A DNA stretch of 64,000 nucleotides from Actinomycetota bacterium (GTDB taxonomy: Bacteria; Actinomycetota; UBA4738; HRBIN12). Shown one piece after another: positions 38,698-48,848 of this stretch. The stretch's first letter is position 1; each line of letters starts with the position of its first letter. The position numbers were made by a program, and so were the translations under genes. The notes beneath the pieces are model-generated. The model saw only the letters and a program-made list of their open reading frames with translations. It had not been told where the DNA came from and did not search any database. The stretch covers positions 5,113 to 69,112 of the forward strand of contig JBOGVD010000085.1 of NCBI GenBank assembly GCA_050696355.1, read 5' to 3'.

Positions 38698-41084
38698 CGC
38701 TCGGACTCTACCGTCGGCCGGTGACCGTCGAAGGTCACGGAGATCGTGCCGTCGAGGTCCGTGCGCCACACCTCGGCGCCGGAGGCGACGAGCGCGTGGA
38801 GGATCTCGGCGTTCGGATGCCCGTAGTCGTTGCCGACGCCGACGCTCACGAGCGCGACCTCGGCACGGACCGCTTCGAAGAGCTCCGGCACCGACGTGCC
38901 CCCGCCGTGATGCGGCACCTTGAGGACGTCGACGTCGGGGAGGGTCCTGCGCTCGAGCAACCACTCTTGCGCGGGGATCTCGGCATCGCCCGTGAGCAGG
39001 ACGGTGTCCTCCCGCAGGGAGAGGAGGATCACGAGCGAGTCGTTGTTCGCGTCGGACTCTGTCCCGGTCCAGCAGCTCTCCGGCGACAGGACGTCCAGGC
39101 GGAGGTCGCCGACGCGGAACACCTGCCCGGCGCGCGGGTTCACCTCCTCGATGCCCTCCTCCTCGACCGCGCGATCGAGGTCCGTCTGCGCGGGCGACTC
39201 GTCCGAACAGCCCGGCTGCATCAAGACGCCCACCGGGACGCGTGACAGGACCGTTGGCAGGCCCACCACGTGGTCGGCGTGCGGGTGGGTCGCGATCACG
39301 GCGTCGAGCCGCCTCACGCCGAGGGCGGCCAGCTGCGTCGCGACCGCGCGCTCGTCCGGACCACCGTCGACGAGGATCGTCGCTCCACCCGGGCTCGTGA
39401 CGAGGATCGCGTCTCCTTGACCGACATCCAGAGCCCGGACCGTGAGGCCGGCCGGCGGACCGGATCCGAGCGCCGAGGCCCAGACCAGGACGGGGAGACA
39501 GCCGACGGCGAGCACCGTCGCCGGCCGGGGCGGCGTCCAGCCTGTCCTGATCCACACCACGACCGCGCACACGAGACCGATCCCGACCACCAGCACGACG
39601 GGGCCCCCTTCCGCGGTGAGGTATCCGACGGGAGCCTTGCCGAGGTGATCCGCGACGAGCTCGAGCCACCGCATCGGCAAGAGCGCCACGGCGGCGAGGA
39701 CCTTGCCGAGCGGGAGCCAGACGAGGCCGCCGCCGGCGGCCGTCGCGCCGAGGAGGAGCGAGGGCGCCACGAGCGGGAACGCCGCGAGGTTCGCCGGCAG
39801 CGTCACGAGCGGGACCTCCTGGAAATAGAAGAGCAGGATGGGGGTGACTCCCAGCTGCGCGGACACCGTCGCGCCGGCCGCCGTCGCCATCGCCTTCGGG
39901 ACGAACCGGCCGAAGCGGTCTGCGAGCGGGCCGGCGAGCGCGACCATCCCGGCGGTCGCCGTCACGCTGAGCTGGAAGCCCACCGACCACGCGAGCCAAG
40001 GGTCCAGGACGAGGAGTCCGAGCACCGCCGCCGACAGGATCGACGCGGTGGTGCGGGGCCGGCCCATCAGGATGCCGACCAACGCGAGACACGCCATCAC
40101 GCCGGCGCGGAGGACCGACGGCTCGGCGCCCGTGAGGATCGTGAAGAACGCCACGATGCCGAACCCGACCGCGAACGTCGGCCACCTGGCCATGCGGAAG
40201 AGCGTCGTGGCCGCGAGCACCGGCGCGAGCACCATCGCGACGTTCCCGCCCGAGACCACGAGCAGGTGGCTGAGACCGGACGCGCGGAAATCTCGCTCGA
40301 GCCCGACGTCGAGCTTCGAGTCGTCTCCGAGGAGCAGCCCGAGGAGCAGCCCGGCCTCCTTCGGGGGGAAGACCCGCTCGATCGAGCGCCCGACGATCCG
40401 CCTGGCCGACTGCGTCGTTCGGACGAACAGGCTCGAGGACGGCCCCAGCCGCCGCAACGACGAGAGCCCGAGCTGTGCCGGGATGCCCTTGGACACAAGG
40501 ATCGCGGCGAACCCGGGGTCGTCGGGAACCCTGAGCGAACCCTCGAGCAAGACACGGTCGCCGCGACGGGCTGCGGGCAGCGGTTCGTCCCCGCTGACCC
40601 AGACGAGGGAACGCAGCGTGGCCGCTCCGTCCGGCCACTGTATGCGACGAACCTGCGCGACCGTCGACCAGCCGAACGTCGCCTTCGCCGGATCCGTCCG
40701 AAGGACCGCTTCGACCGTCACGCGCTCGGGCGCCAGACGAGCGAGGAAGGACGACGCGAGCGCGCGGTGGTGGAACCCGCCCCATGCTGCCCCAAGGGCG
40801 AGGACGCCCACCAGCGAGATCACGGCCGCAGCGACCGGCCGTGCCGAGAGAACGCGCCCGCCGGCGACGGCCTCGACGCTCGCGTGCTCGGCCGGGAGCA
40901 GGCCCGCGCGCGCGAGCGCTCCGGGACCTCGCCGCTCCCGCCCGGCGGCCAGCCATCCGATACCGAGCGCGAGGAGCCCGGAAGCGAGCACGATCCCCGG
41001 GTCGAGCCATGGCGGCGGCGTCGCCCAGCCGATCAGGCCCGCGGCGAAGGCGACGGCCGCGGACGGCAGCATCCACGAGCCCAC
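38694..41084 (-). CDS. comEC: DNA internalization competence protein ComEC/Rec2 (with metallo-beta-lactamase domain)
   Basis: Multi-TM competence domain plus a C-terminal MBL fold (LDVGQGDAILV, THPHADH). Confidence 0.9.
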   Translation of the reverse strand: MGSWMLPSAAVAFAAGLIGWATPPPWLDPGIVLASGLLALGIGWLAAGRERRGPGALARAGLLPAEHASVEAVAGGRVLSARPVAAAVISLVGVLALGAAWGGFHHRALASSFLARLAPERVTVEAVLRTDPAKATFGWSTVAQVRRIQWPDGAATLRSLVWVSGDEPLPAARRGDRVLLEGSLRVPDDPGFAAILVSKGIPAQLGLSSLRRLGPSSSLFVRTTQSARRIVGRSIERVFPPKEAGLLLGLLLGDDSKLDVGLERDFRASGLSHLLVVSGGNVAMVLAPVLAATTLFRMARWPTFAVGFGIVAFFTILTGAEPSVLRAGVMACLALVGILMGRPRTTASILSAAVLGLLVLDPWLAWSVGFQLSVTATAGMVALAGPLADRFGRFVPKAMATAAGATVSAQLGVTPILLFYFQEVPLVTLPANLAAFPLVAPSLLLGATAAGGGLVWLPLGKVLAAVALLPMRWLELVADHLGKAPVGYLTAEGGPVVLVVGIGLVCAVVVWIRTGWTPPRPATVLAVGCLPVLVWASALGSGPPAGLTVRALDVGQGDAILVTSPGGATILVDGGPDERAVATQLAALGVRRLDAVIATHPHADHVVGLPTVLSRVPVGVLMQPGCSDESPAQTDLDRAVEEEGIEEVNPRAGQVFRVGDLRLDVLSPESCWTGTESDANNDSLVILLSLREDTVLLTGDAEIPAQEWLLERRTLPDVDVLKVPHHGGGTSVPELFEAVRAEVALVSVGVGNDYGHPNAEILHALVASGAEVWRTDLDGTISVTFDGHRPTVESER

Positions 41085-41094
41085 CGGCCGATCC

Positions 41095-41703
41095 TCAGAT
41101 GGTGACCTGGTCGCGGATCTCGTCGAGGGTCGCCGGGCCGATCCCGCTCACGTCCATCAGGTCCTCGACCGAGGCGAACGGTCCGTTCTGCGTCCGGTAC
41201 TCGACGATCGTGGCGCCGAGCACCTCGCCGATGCCGGAGAGGGCCTCCAGCTCGATCGCCGACGCGCTGTTGATGTTGATGAGCCCCGTCGACGAGCCCG
41301 GTGGCGCGCTCCCCGGCACGACCGCACCGGGTGGGCCGGCCTTGGGCACGAGGATCTGGGTGCCATCGGTCAGTGGCGCCGCGAGGTTCAGCAGGCTCAG
41401 GTCGGCCGTCGGCTTGGGACCCCCAGCATGCTCGATCGCGTCGATCACACGGTCGCCCTCGATGAACTCGTACACCCCGGGGTCCTGCACCTCGCCCGCG
41501 ACATCGACGATCAAGGTCACCGCCGGGCTCGGGGAGGCCGACGCCTGTTGAGCGGCGCCAGGCGCCTCTTGGGCGATCGTCACCGGCTTTGGCAGCGAAC
41601 GCGCGTACCACAGCCCGGCGCCACCCAATACCGCCACCATCACGACGATCAGCCCGGCGATCTCCCCACGCGACAACGTGTCCAGACGTTCCCGGAACGA
41701 CAT
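41095..41703 (-). CDS. comEA: ComEA family DNA-binding protein (helix-hairpin-helix)
   Basis: N-terminal TM, SLBB-like middle region, and a C-terminal HhH pair (ININSASAIELEALSGIGEVLGATIVEYR...GIGPATL). Confidence 0.85.
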   Translation of the reverse strand: MSFRERLDTLSRGEIAGLIVVMVAVLGGAGLWYARSLPKPVTIAQEAPGAAQQASASPSPAVTLIVDVAGEVQDPGVYEFIEGDRVIDAIEHAGGPKPTADLSLLNLAAPLTDGTQILVPKAGPPGAVVPGSAPPGSSTGLININSASAIELEALSGIGEVLGATIVEYRTQNGPFASVEDLMDVSGIGPATLDEIRDQVTI

Positions 41704-41766
41704 ACGGTGGATGCTAGGTGTGGCGGGTCCTCCTCGCAGTGAAGGCCGTCACGTTCGTCCGCCGGA

Positions 41767-44217
41767 TCAGCGGGTGACGAAATTGACGAGCTTGGGGGCG
41801 CGGACGATCTCCTTCACGACGTCGCGGTCACCGATCGCCCGCCGGGCGTTCTCCGAGGCGTGACCCAGCTCGAGGACGCGTGCGTCGTCCGCGTCGGCCG
41901 GCACCTCGACCGTGTCGCGCACCTTCCCGTCGACCTGCACGACCAGCGTGACGGCGTCCTGCGCGGCCAACGCCTCGTCATGCGCCGGCCACCGGGAGAC
42001 GTGGACCGACTCCCCGTGCCCGAGGACCTGACGCCACAGCTCCTCGGCGGCGAACGGAGCGAACGGCGCCAGCATCTGTACGAGCGCCTCAGCCGCTGCC
42101 CCCGCGCCCCCTCCAGCGTCCAACGTTGCACGCATCTCGTTCGACAGCACCATCAGCTTCGAGATCGCGACGTTGAACCGGAAGCGCTCGAGGTCGTCGG
42201 TGACGCCCTTGATCGTCCGGTGCATGAGCCGCTCCAGAGACTCCTTCGGCTCCATGAAGGCCGCCGCGACAGAATCACCCACCGCGGCGAAAACGCGACC
42301 CAGCCACTGGTGCGTCCCCGGGCGTCGGTCGGGATCGCCCGCGATCAGCTTCCAGTCGATGTCGTCCTCGAACGGGCTCGCGAACAGCATCGTGAGCCGG
42401 ATGCTGTCGGCTCCCCATCGCTCGACGAGCGGCATGGGCCCGGCGACGTTGCCCTTCGACTTCGACATCGAGGCGCCGCCGTAGATCACCTGCCCTTGGT
42501 TCATCAGCCGTGGGAACGGCTCGACGAACGGGACCATCCCGTCGTCGTGCAGGGCCTTCGTGAAGAACCGCGCGTAGAGCAGGTGCAGGATCGCATGCTC
42601 GACGCCGCCCGTGTACTGGTTGATGGGCCAGCGTTCCACGTCGGCCGGCCGGAACGGACCGTCCTCGTAGCCCGGCGAGCAGTAACGGAAGAAGTACCAG
42701 CTCGAATCGACGAACGTGTCCATCGTGTCCGTGTCGCGCCGGGCGTCGCGACCGCAGATCGGACAGGTGGTCTTGACGAACCGGTCGTGGCGCGCGAGCG
42801 GCGACTCGCCGCCCGGCCGGAAGTCGACGTCGTCGGGGAGCCGCACCGGCAGCTCCTCGAGCGGCACGGGCACCTCGCCGTGCTCGTCGCAGTGCACGAT
42901 CGGGATCGGCGCGCCCCAGTAGCGCTGCCGTGAGATCAGCCAGTCGCGGAGCCGATAGGTGACGGCGGGGCCGCCCAGCCCCTGCTCCTCCAGCCAGGCC
43001 GCGACCGTGGCGATCGAGGCCGGCGAGGTCTCGCCGTCGAACGGACCGGAGTGCACCATCACCCCCTCGTGGTCGTGCGCCTCGGTCATCGTCGCGGCGT
43101 CTCGCTCCTCGCCCGGCGGCTGGATCACCACGCGGATGTCCAGGCCGTGCTCGCGCGCGAACTCGAAGTCGCGCTGGTCGTGCGCGGGCACGCCCATCAC
43201 CGCTCCCGTGCCGTACTCCATCAGCACGTAGGGCGCGACGAACACCGGCACGCGCTCCCCGTTCACCGGATTCACGACGTGGATGCCGAGCGGCACCCCT
43301 TCGCGGCTCTCGGCCTGCTCGCGGTTCGTGAGCGGCGTCGCCTGCAAGCGGTTCAGCAGCGCACGAGTGGCGTCGGACGAATCTCCCGCCTCCGCCAGCT
43401 TCGTCACGAGCTGGTGCTCGGGAGCGAACACGAAGAACGTGACGCCCCAGAGCGTGTCCGGCCGGGTCGTGAAGACGTCGACCTCGTCCCCCGTCTCCTC
43501 GATCCGGAAACGCACCGTGGCGCCCTCGGAACGCCCGATCCAGTTCCGCTGCATCGTGATCACGCGCTCCGGCCACTCCTCGAGCGTGTCCATGTCGTCG
43601 AGGAGCCTCTGCGCGTAGTCCGTGATCTTGAAGAACCACTGCGTGAGGTCCTTGCGGACCACCGCCGCGCCGCACCGCTCGCAGCAACCGTTGATCACCT
43701 GCTCGTTCGCCAGCACGGTCTGGTCGTTCGGGCACCAGTTCGCGGGCGCGTTCTTCCGGTAGGCGAGCCCCATCCCGAAGAGCTTCAGGAACAACCACTG
43801 GGTCCAGCGGTAGTACTCGGGATCGCTGCTGTGGAGCCGCCGGCTCCAGTCGAACGAGAAGCCCATCCGCTTGAACGACGCGGCCTGCTGCTCGATGTTC
43901 TCGTACGTCCATTCCTTCGGATGGATCCCGCGCTTGATCGCCGCATTCTCCGCGGGCAGGCCGAACGAGTCCCAGCCGATCGGGTGCAGGACGTTGTAGC
44001 CCTGCAGCCACCGGAACCGGGCGATCACGTCGCCGCCGCTGAAGGCCTCCGCGTGCCCGAGGTGGAGGTCGCCCGACGGGTACGGGAACATGTCGAGCGC
44101 GTAGAACCGGGGCCGCGCGTCGTCGGGATCCTCCGAAGCCCGGTAGAGCCCCTCCTCTTCCCACACGCGCTGCCATCGCGGCTCGATCTCTGCGGGGTCG
44201 TAGCGGTGCATCGCCAC
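41767..44217 (-). CDS. leuS: leucine--tRNA ligase
   Basis: The HIGH-type motif is PYPSGDLHLGHA and the KMSKS-type motif is SMSKSKGN. Full length at 816 aa. Confidence 0.97.
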   Translation of the reverse strand: MAMHRYDPAEIEPRWQRVWEEEGLYRASEDPDDARPRFYALDMFPYPSGDLHLGHAEAFSGGDVIARFRWLQGYNVLHPIGWDSFGLPAENAAIKRGIHPKEWTYENIEQQAASFKRMGFSFDWSRRLHSSDPEYYRWTQWLFLKLFGMGLAYRKNAPANWCPNDQTVLANEQVINGCCERCGAAVVRKDLTQWFFKITDYAQRLLDDMDTLEEWPERVITMQRNWIGRSEGATVRFRIEETGDEVDVFTTRPDTLWGVTFFVFAPEHQLVTKLAEAGDSSDATRALLNRLQATPLTNREQAESREGVPLGIHVVNPVNGERVPVFVAPYVLMEYGTGAVMGVPAHDQRDFEFAREHGLDIRVVIQPPGEERDAATMTEAHDHEGVMVHSGPFDGETSPASIATVAAWLEEQGLGGPAVTYRLRDWLISRQRYWGAPIPIVHCDEHGEVPVPLEELPVRLPDDVDFRPGGESPLARHDRFVKTTCPICGRDARRDTDTMDTFVDSSWYFFRYCSPGYEDGPFRPADVERWPINQYTGGVEHAILHLLYARFFTKALHDDGMVPFVEPFPRLMNQGQVIYGGASMSKSKGNVAGPMPLVERWGADSIRLTMLFASPFEDDIDWKLIAGDPDRRPGTHQWLGRVFAAVGDSVAAAFMEPKESLERLMHRTIKGVTDDLERFRFNVAISKLMVLSNEMRATLDAGGGAGAAAEALVQMLAPFAPFAAEELWRQVLGHGESVHVSRWPAHDEALAAQDAVTLVVQVDGKVRDTVEVPADADDARVLELGHASENARRAIGDRDVVKEIVRAPKLVNFVTR

Positions 44218-44255
44218 ATCGTAGCGGCCATCACCTTCGGAGCTCTGGCGTCCCC

Positions 44256-44774
44256 GTGGGACCTCCGCGTACCGGGCATCCGTACACTGGCCGCACGAGC
44301 GGGAGCATCGACACGAGCCGGCGTCCCAGACCGACCAGGTCGCTCGACCGACGCGTGCTTCGGATGTGGTGGACGATCTGGGGTGCGATCGTCGTCGTCG
44401 TGGGCCTCGCGTCGTCTCCGATCGCCGCGGAGTCGACCCTGGCCGGCATCGGTTACGCCGTCGGCCTCGTGGTTGCCGCCGCCGCGGCCATCGCGGTCCC
44501 CGCCCTGCGGTATCGGCGTTGGCGCTACGAGATCCGGGAGCGGGATCTGTTCCTTGCCCGAGGCTCGCTGTTCTTCGTCCTCACGCTGATCCCCTTCGAT
44601 CGGATCCAGTACGTCGAGACGCACCAGGGGCCGCTGGACCTCGCCTTCGGACTGATGCAGCTCGTCGTCTATACGGCTGCCGGCAGGGCCGCCCGCATCC
44701 CTGGGCTCGATCGGACGGCGGCGGCGTCGCTGCGGGAGGAGCTCGCCAAGGTTGCAGGAACCAAGAGCGTCTGA
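44256..44774 (+). CDS. bacterial PH-domain (bPH_2) membrane protein, YdbS-like
   Basis: Two TM helices followed by YEIRERDLFLARGSLFFVLTLIPFDRIQYVETHQGPL. The start codon is uncertain. Confidence 0.7.
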   Translation: MGPPRTGHPYTGRTSGSIDTSRRPRPTRSLDRRVLRMWWTIWGAIVVVVGLASSPIAAESTLAGIGYAVGLVVAAAAAIAVPALRYRRWRYEIRERDLFLARGSLFFVLTLIPFDRIQYVETHQGPLDLAFGLMQLVVYTAAGRAARIPGLDRTAAASLREELAKVAGTKSV

Positions 44775-46218
44775 CGTGATCCCGCCTCGGCCCGACCGGG
44801 TGCACGCGGGTATCCCAAACCCGGGCACGGTCGCTTGGCGCCGCCTCCACCCCGCCGCCATCGCCGTATGGCTTTCGGGCATCGTGGGCGGTCTCGCGAT
44901 CCCCCTCGTATTACTCGTGATCATCGGCGGCGAGGGCGAACCCCTGACGCTCACGATCGTGGTCGCCTCGCTCGCCGTGATCGGTTCGGTCATCCGATGG
45001 GCGCGTTTCTGGTACCGCTTCGACGGGCAGACGCTCCTCCTTCGCGGCGGTCTCCTCCAACGCTGGGAGCGAACCGTATCGCCCGCCCGCATCCAAAGTG
45101 TCGACGTGGTGCAGCAGCTCACGCATCGCGTCTTCGGCGTGGTGGAGCTACGGATCGAGGTCGCCGGCGGGGAGAGCACGGAGGCGCCGCTCGTCGCGCT
45201 CCTGCCGCGGGAGGCGAAGGAGCTCCGGGCGCTCCTCATGGCCGATCACGCCGACGAGCTGGAGGAAACCGAACCGGAGCCGCCTCTCGTCTGGATGCGT
45301 CCCCGTGACCTGCTGCTCGCCGGCGTGACCGGTGGCCGCGTCGCGGTTGTCGCCGCGATCGCCGGTTGGGCGTTGCAGATCCTGCCGGAGGAGGCGCTGG
45401 TCGTGAACCTCGACCGACTCGCCGGGACCGACCGGTCTGGGCTCGAGACCGTCTTGCTGATCGCCGGGACGCTGCTTCTCGCTTCGGTCCTCATCTCCCT
45501 CGCCACCACGATCGTCGTGTACTGGGACTTCAGGGCGGTTCGGCGAGGCGACCGCCTGGTCGTGACCCGCGGGCTGCTGCAGACACGCCGCTCCGTCGTC
45601 CCGGTTGCCCGCATCCAGGCGATCCGCATCGAAGAGAACCTGATCCGGCGGGCGTTCGGCCTGGCGAGCCTCCGGGTCCTCACGGCTGGGTACGGCAAGG
45701 GCTCGGGCGACGAGCAGCAGTCGAGCATGCTCGTCCCGGTAGCCCCTCGCGAGCGATGCCTCGCGATCGCGGGCGTCGTGATTGGGTCGGACGGCCTCCG
45801 CGATGCCGAGCTCCGTCCGACGCCTCCGCGGGCCCTCGTTCGGCGCCTCGCCTTCGCTTCGATCGTCGGGATCGGTGCGCTGGGATCCGGCCTGATCCTC
45901 CCGGAAGGAGCGCTCGTGGCCGCGATCCCCGTCCTCCCGGTGGCTCTCGGGATCGGGTTCCTGTCGTGGCGCGCCCTCGGGCACGCTGTCGTCGGGCGCC
46001 ACCTCGTGGCGCGATCGGGAGCGCTGCTCCGGCGCACCACGGTGGCCGACCGAGCGAACGTCCAGCATGTGATCCTGCGCCGGTCACCGACCCAGCGTGC
46101 CTTGGAGCTCGCGAGCGTTACCCTCGCGATCCCGAAGGCGACCGCCTCCGTGATCGACGTGGATCGCGAGGTGGCCGAGGAGCGTTTCGCCGAGCTGGCG
46201 ACGCGGCTCTCGGACTAG
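44752..46218 (+). CDS. triple bPH_2-domain membrane protein, YdbT-like
   Basis: Three repeats of a TM pair plus a PH-like segment (e.g. RIQSVDVVQQLTHRVFGVVELRIE, RIQAIRIEENLIRRAFGLASLRV, VQHVILRRSPTQRALELASVTL). An alternative start is GTG 44776. Confidence 0.75.
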   Translation: MQEPRASDVIPPRPDRVHAGIPNPGTVAWRRLHPAAIAVWLSGIVGGLAIPLVLLVIIGGEGEPLTLTIVVASLAVIGSVIRWARFWYRFDGQTLLLRGGLLQRWERTVSPARIQSVDVVQQLTHRVFGVVELRIEVAGGESTEAPLVALLPREAKELRALLMADHADELEETEPEPPLVWMRPRDLLLAGVTGGRVAVVAAIAGWALQILPEEALVVNLDRLAGTDRSGLETVLLIAGTLLLASVLISLATTIVVYWDFRAVRRGDRLVVTRGLLQTRRSVVPVARIQAIRIEENLIRRAFGLASLRVLTAGYGKGSGDEQQSSMLVPVAPRERCLAIAGVVIGSDGLRDAELRPTPPRALVRRLAFASIVGIGALGSGLILPEGALVAAIPVLPVALGIGFLSWRALGHAVVGRHLVARSGALLRRTTVADRANVQHVILRRSPTQRALELASVTLAIPKATASVIDVDREVAEERFAELATRLSD

Positions 46219-46233
46219 CCTCAGGCCAGGGCG

Positions 46234-47640
46234 TCACGCGGCGGGGATGCCCGTCCGGCGCATCGCGCCCCACTCCCCCTTCTTCTTCCGACCCTGGAAG
46301 GTCGAACGGAACCGCTCGAGGGCGATCAGCTGATGGAATCCGAGGAACTCCACGAACGACGCGGCGAACAGGACGAGCCGATCGGAGAAGGAGGAGTACC
46401 GACGGAGGAGCATCGCCTCGACACCCGCCGCGACCTGGGACAGCACCATCCCGTGGAGGATCGCGAGGACGAGGAAGAGCCACAGGACGCTCGTGTCGAG
46501 CAAGCCGAGCACGGCGGCCACCGCGAAGGAGGCGAAGCCCAGGACCTCGATGACCGGGCCGAGCCCCTCGAACAGCCAGAAGTACGGGACGGCGAACATG
46601 CCGAGCCTGCCGTACCGGGGGTTGAACAGCATGTCCTTGTGCCGCCAGAGGTTCGTCCACAACCCCCGGTGCCATCGGTTCCGCTGCCCCCGGAGCGACG
46701 CGAGGTCCGAGGGGACCTCCGTCCAGCAGATCGGATCGGGCGTGAACACGATCCGGTGGGGCAGGCCCGCCCGCGCGTACTCCTTGTGGAGGCGCATCAC
46801 CAGCTCCATGTCCTCGCCGAGGGTCTGCGTCCAGAAGCCGCCCACCTTGAGCACGGCGTCGCGACGGAACAGGCCGAACGCACCCGAGATGATCAGCAGT
46901 GCCCCGAGCCGCGTCCAGCCCGCCCTGCCCAGGAAGAACGCCCGCGCGTACTCGACGACCTGGATACGTTCGACCCACCGTGAGGGCATCCGGAGCCCGG
47001 CGGGCAGGCCGTCACGGATCGTGACGCCGTTCAGCGGCCGGACCGTGCCGCCGACGGCGATCACGGAGTCGTCCTTCACGAAGTTCCGGGAGGCGCGCAG
47101 GATGGCCTGGGCGTCCAGCAGGCAGTCGGAATCGACGGGAGCGATCAGCGGGTACCTCGCCAGGTTGATGCCGGCGTTCACGGCGTCGGACTTCCCGCCG
47201 TTCTCCTTCTCGGCCACCACGAGCTCCGGGTGGCGGAGCGATCGCATCACCCGGGTGACGGGCTTCGTCGGCAGCGTCCGCGCCCAGACGCGCGGCTCCT
47301 CCACGAGCGCGAACGCTTCGATCATGCGATCCATCGTGCCGTCGGTTGATCCGTCGGCGACCACGATCACTTCGAACTTCGGATAGTGGAGCCGGACGAA
47401 GGACTGGATCGCCGCGACGATGCTCGTCTCCTCGTTGAAGGCGGGAACGATGATGGACACCGGCTTGAAGACGTCGCGTTCGAGGAGATCCCGCAGCTCC
47501 GTGTCCGAGGTCAGGCGCGATTCGAGGATCACGGTCTGCAACCCGATGAACGCGAATGCCGCGTAGAGCAGGCTGAGGATCGCGAAGTAGACGATCGTGA
47601 CGACGCCGAAGATCGCCAGGAACGACTCGACGACGTTCAT
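46234..47640 (-). CDS. processive family-2 glycosyltransferase (PgaC/IcaA/cellulose-synthase-like polysaccharide synthase)
   Basis: Motifs ADGSTDGT, VDSDC (DxD), GEDMEL and QRNRWHRG (QxxRW), with TM helices at both ends. ATG 47640 overlaps the upstream stop (ATGA). Confidence 0.85.
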   Translation of the reverse strand: MNVVESFLAIFGVVTIVYFAILSLLYAAFAFIGLQTVILESRLTSDTELRDLLERDVFKPVSIIVPAFNEETSIVAAIQSFVRLHYPKFEVIVVADGSTDGTMDRMIEAFALVEEPRVWARTLPTKPVTRVMRSLRHPELVVAEKENGGKSDAVNAGINLARYPLIAPVDSDCLLDAQAILRASRNFVKDDSVIAVGGTVRPLNGVTIRDGLPAGLRMPSRWVERIQVVEYARAFFLGRAGWTRLGALLIISGAFGLFRRDAVLKVGGFWTQTLGEDMELVMRLHKEYARAGLPHRIVFTPDPICWTEVPSDLASLRGQRNRWHRGLWTNLWRHKDMLFNPRYGRLGMFAVPYFWLFEGLGPVIEVLGFASFAVAAVLGLLDTSVLWLFLVLAILHGMVLSQVAAGVEAMLLRRYSSFSDRLVLFAASFVEFLGFHQLIALERFRSTFQGRKKKGEWGAMRRTGIPAA

Positions 47641-48845
47641 CCGACCACCGCCTGCACGAGCTCCGGCACGTGGTCGCGCAGCGCCTGCTCGGCGATGTCC
47701 CTCGCGAACCGATCTGGGTGCTCCCGCACGGCCCGTCCGAGCTGCGCGAGACCCGCGGGCCCGAGATCGACGAGGGCGTCGGCGGCCGCCCGGCGCACCC
47801 ACCACGAGCGGTCGCCGAGCCGCTCGCTGAGGAACGCGAGCGCTTGCGGCCGCGGCAGCAGTCGCGCCGCCCCCGTGGCGTGGATCCGGATGAAGTCGAG
47901 GTCGTCACCGAGCGCGGCGATCACGATCCCCTGCGAGGAAGGCGGCAGGAACCCGAGGCGACCCACCGCTCGGAGGGCGGCCGCGCGGACCTCGTCGTCC
48001 GGGTGGCTCAAGAAGTGAACGACCTCCTCCGCGAAGACCAGCAGCTGCAGGCGGCCGACGCCGTCGATCGCGGCACGGACGGTGGCCGCCCGAGGCCTGA
48101 CCTGCAGCAGGAGGACCTGGATGAGGGAGATCGCGGCATCCTCAGACAGGACCACGACCTCCTCGACGATGCCGTACGGGAGCTCCGCGGCGTCGATCGC
48201 CCGCGCGAGCGAGGCGGCGGCGCGATCCCGGTCGAAGAGGTCCTCGACGCGCGCGAGCGTCCTGGCCGCCGCCCGGGCGGACGCCACGCTGATCGTCCGG
48301 TTGGGGTCGCCGACGCCGGTCACGAGCGTGGGGAGCGAAGCGGGGATCCGAGCGTTCGACAGGGCCACGATCGCGTCGAGCCGACGGCCGGCCCGGCCGT
48401 GACTCGCGATCCGCTCGAGTCTCACCACGGCGCCGTACCGCTCCAGGAGGGCGGCGACTCGCGTCGAGTCCGAGCCTCGGAGGGTCTCTCGGAGCGCCAG
48501 GAGGGCGTCGAGGGCTTCGGGTCGGAGCGTCCCCGAGGGCGCCCGTTCGGAGCCGTCCAGCACCCGCAGCCATCGCGCCACCCACGCCCGGCGTCGCTCC
48601 TCCCGCACCCGCTCGTGCCGGGTGCTCACGTGTTGGTAGGCGAGCACGTAGGTCGTGAGCAGGACGAGAGCCGCCGCGGTCGAACCGACCACGCCCAGCA
48701 GGATGGTGCCGAACCTCATGCCATCGGACGTGCCGACGAGTCGAGAGGCGAGCGTCCAGGTCAGGTAGCCGAGCGGGATGACTTCGAGGGAGATCACGAC
48801 CGCGAAGACGGCGGCGAAGGTGACGTCACCGTATCGGCGCCACAC
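47637..48845 (-). CDS. membrane-anchored HEAT-repeat protein
   Basis: Two N-terminal TM helices, then HEAT/PBS-lyase-like repeats (DDEVRAAALRAVGRLG, DRSWWVRRAAADALVDLG). Confidence 0.7.
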   Translation of the reverse strand: MWRRYGDVTFAAVFAVVISLEVIPLGYLTWTLASRLVGTSDGMRFGTILLGVVGSTAAALVLLTTYVLAYQHVSTRHERVREERRRAWVARWLRVLDGSERAPSGTLRPEALDALLALRETLRGSDSTRVAALLERYGAVVRLERIASHGRAGRRLDAIVALSNARIPASLPTLVTGVGDPNRTISVASARAAARTLARVEDLFDRDRAAASLARAIDAAELPYGIVEEVVVLSEDAAISLIQVLLLQVRPRAATVRAAIDGVGRLQLLVFAEEVVHFLSHPDDEVRAAALRAVGRLGFLPPSSQGIVIAALGDDLDFIRIHATGAARLLPRPQALAFLSERLGDRSWWVRRAAADALVDLGPAGLAQLGRAVREHPDRFARDIAEQALRDHVPELVQAVVG

Positions 48846-48848
48846 GGC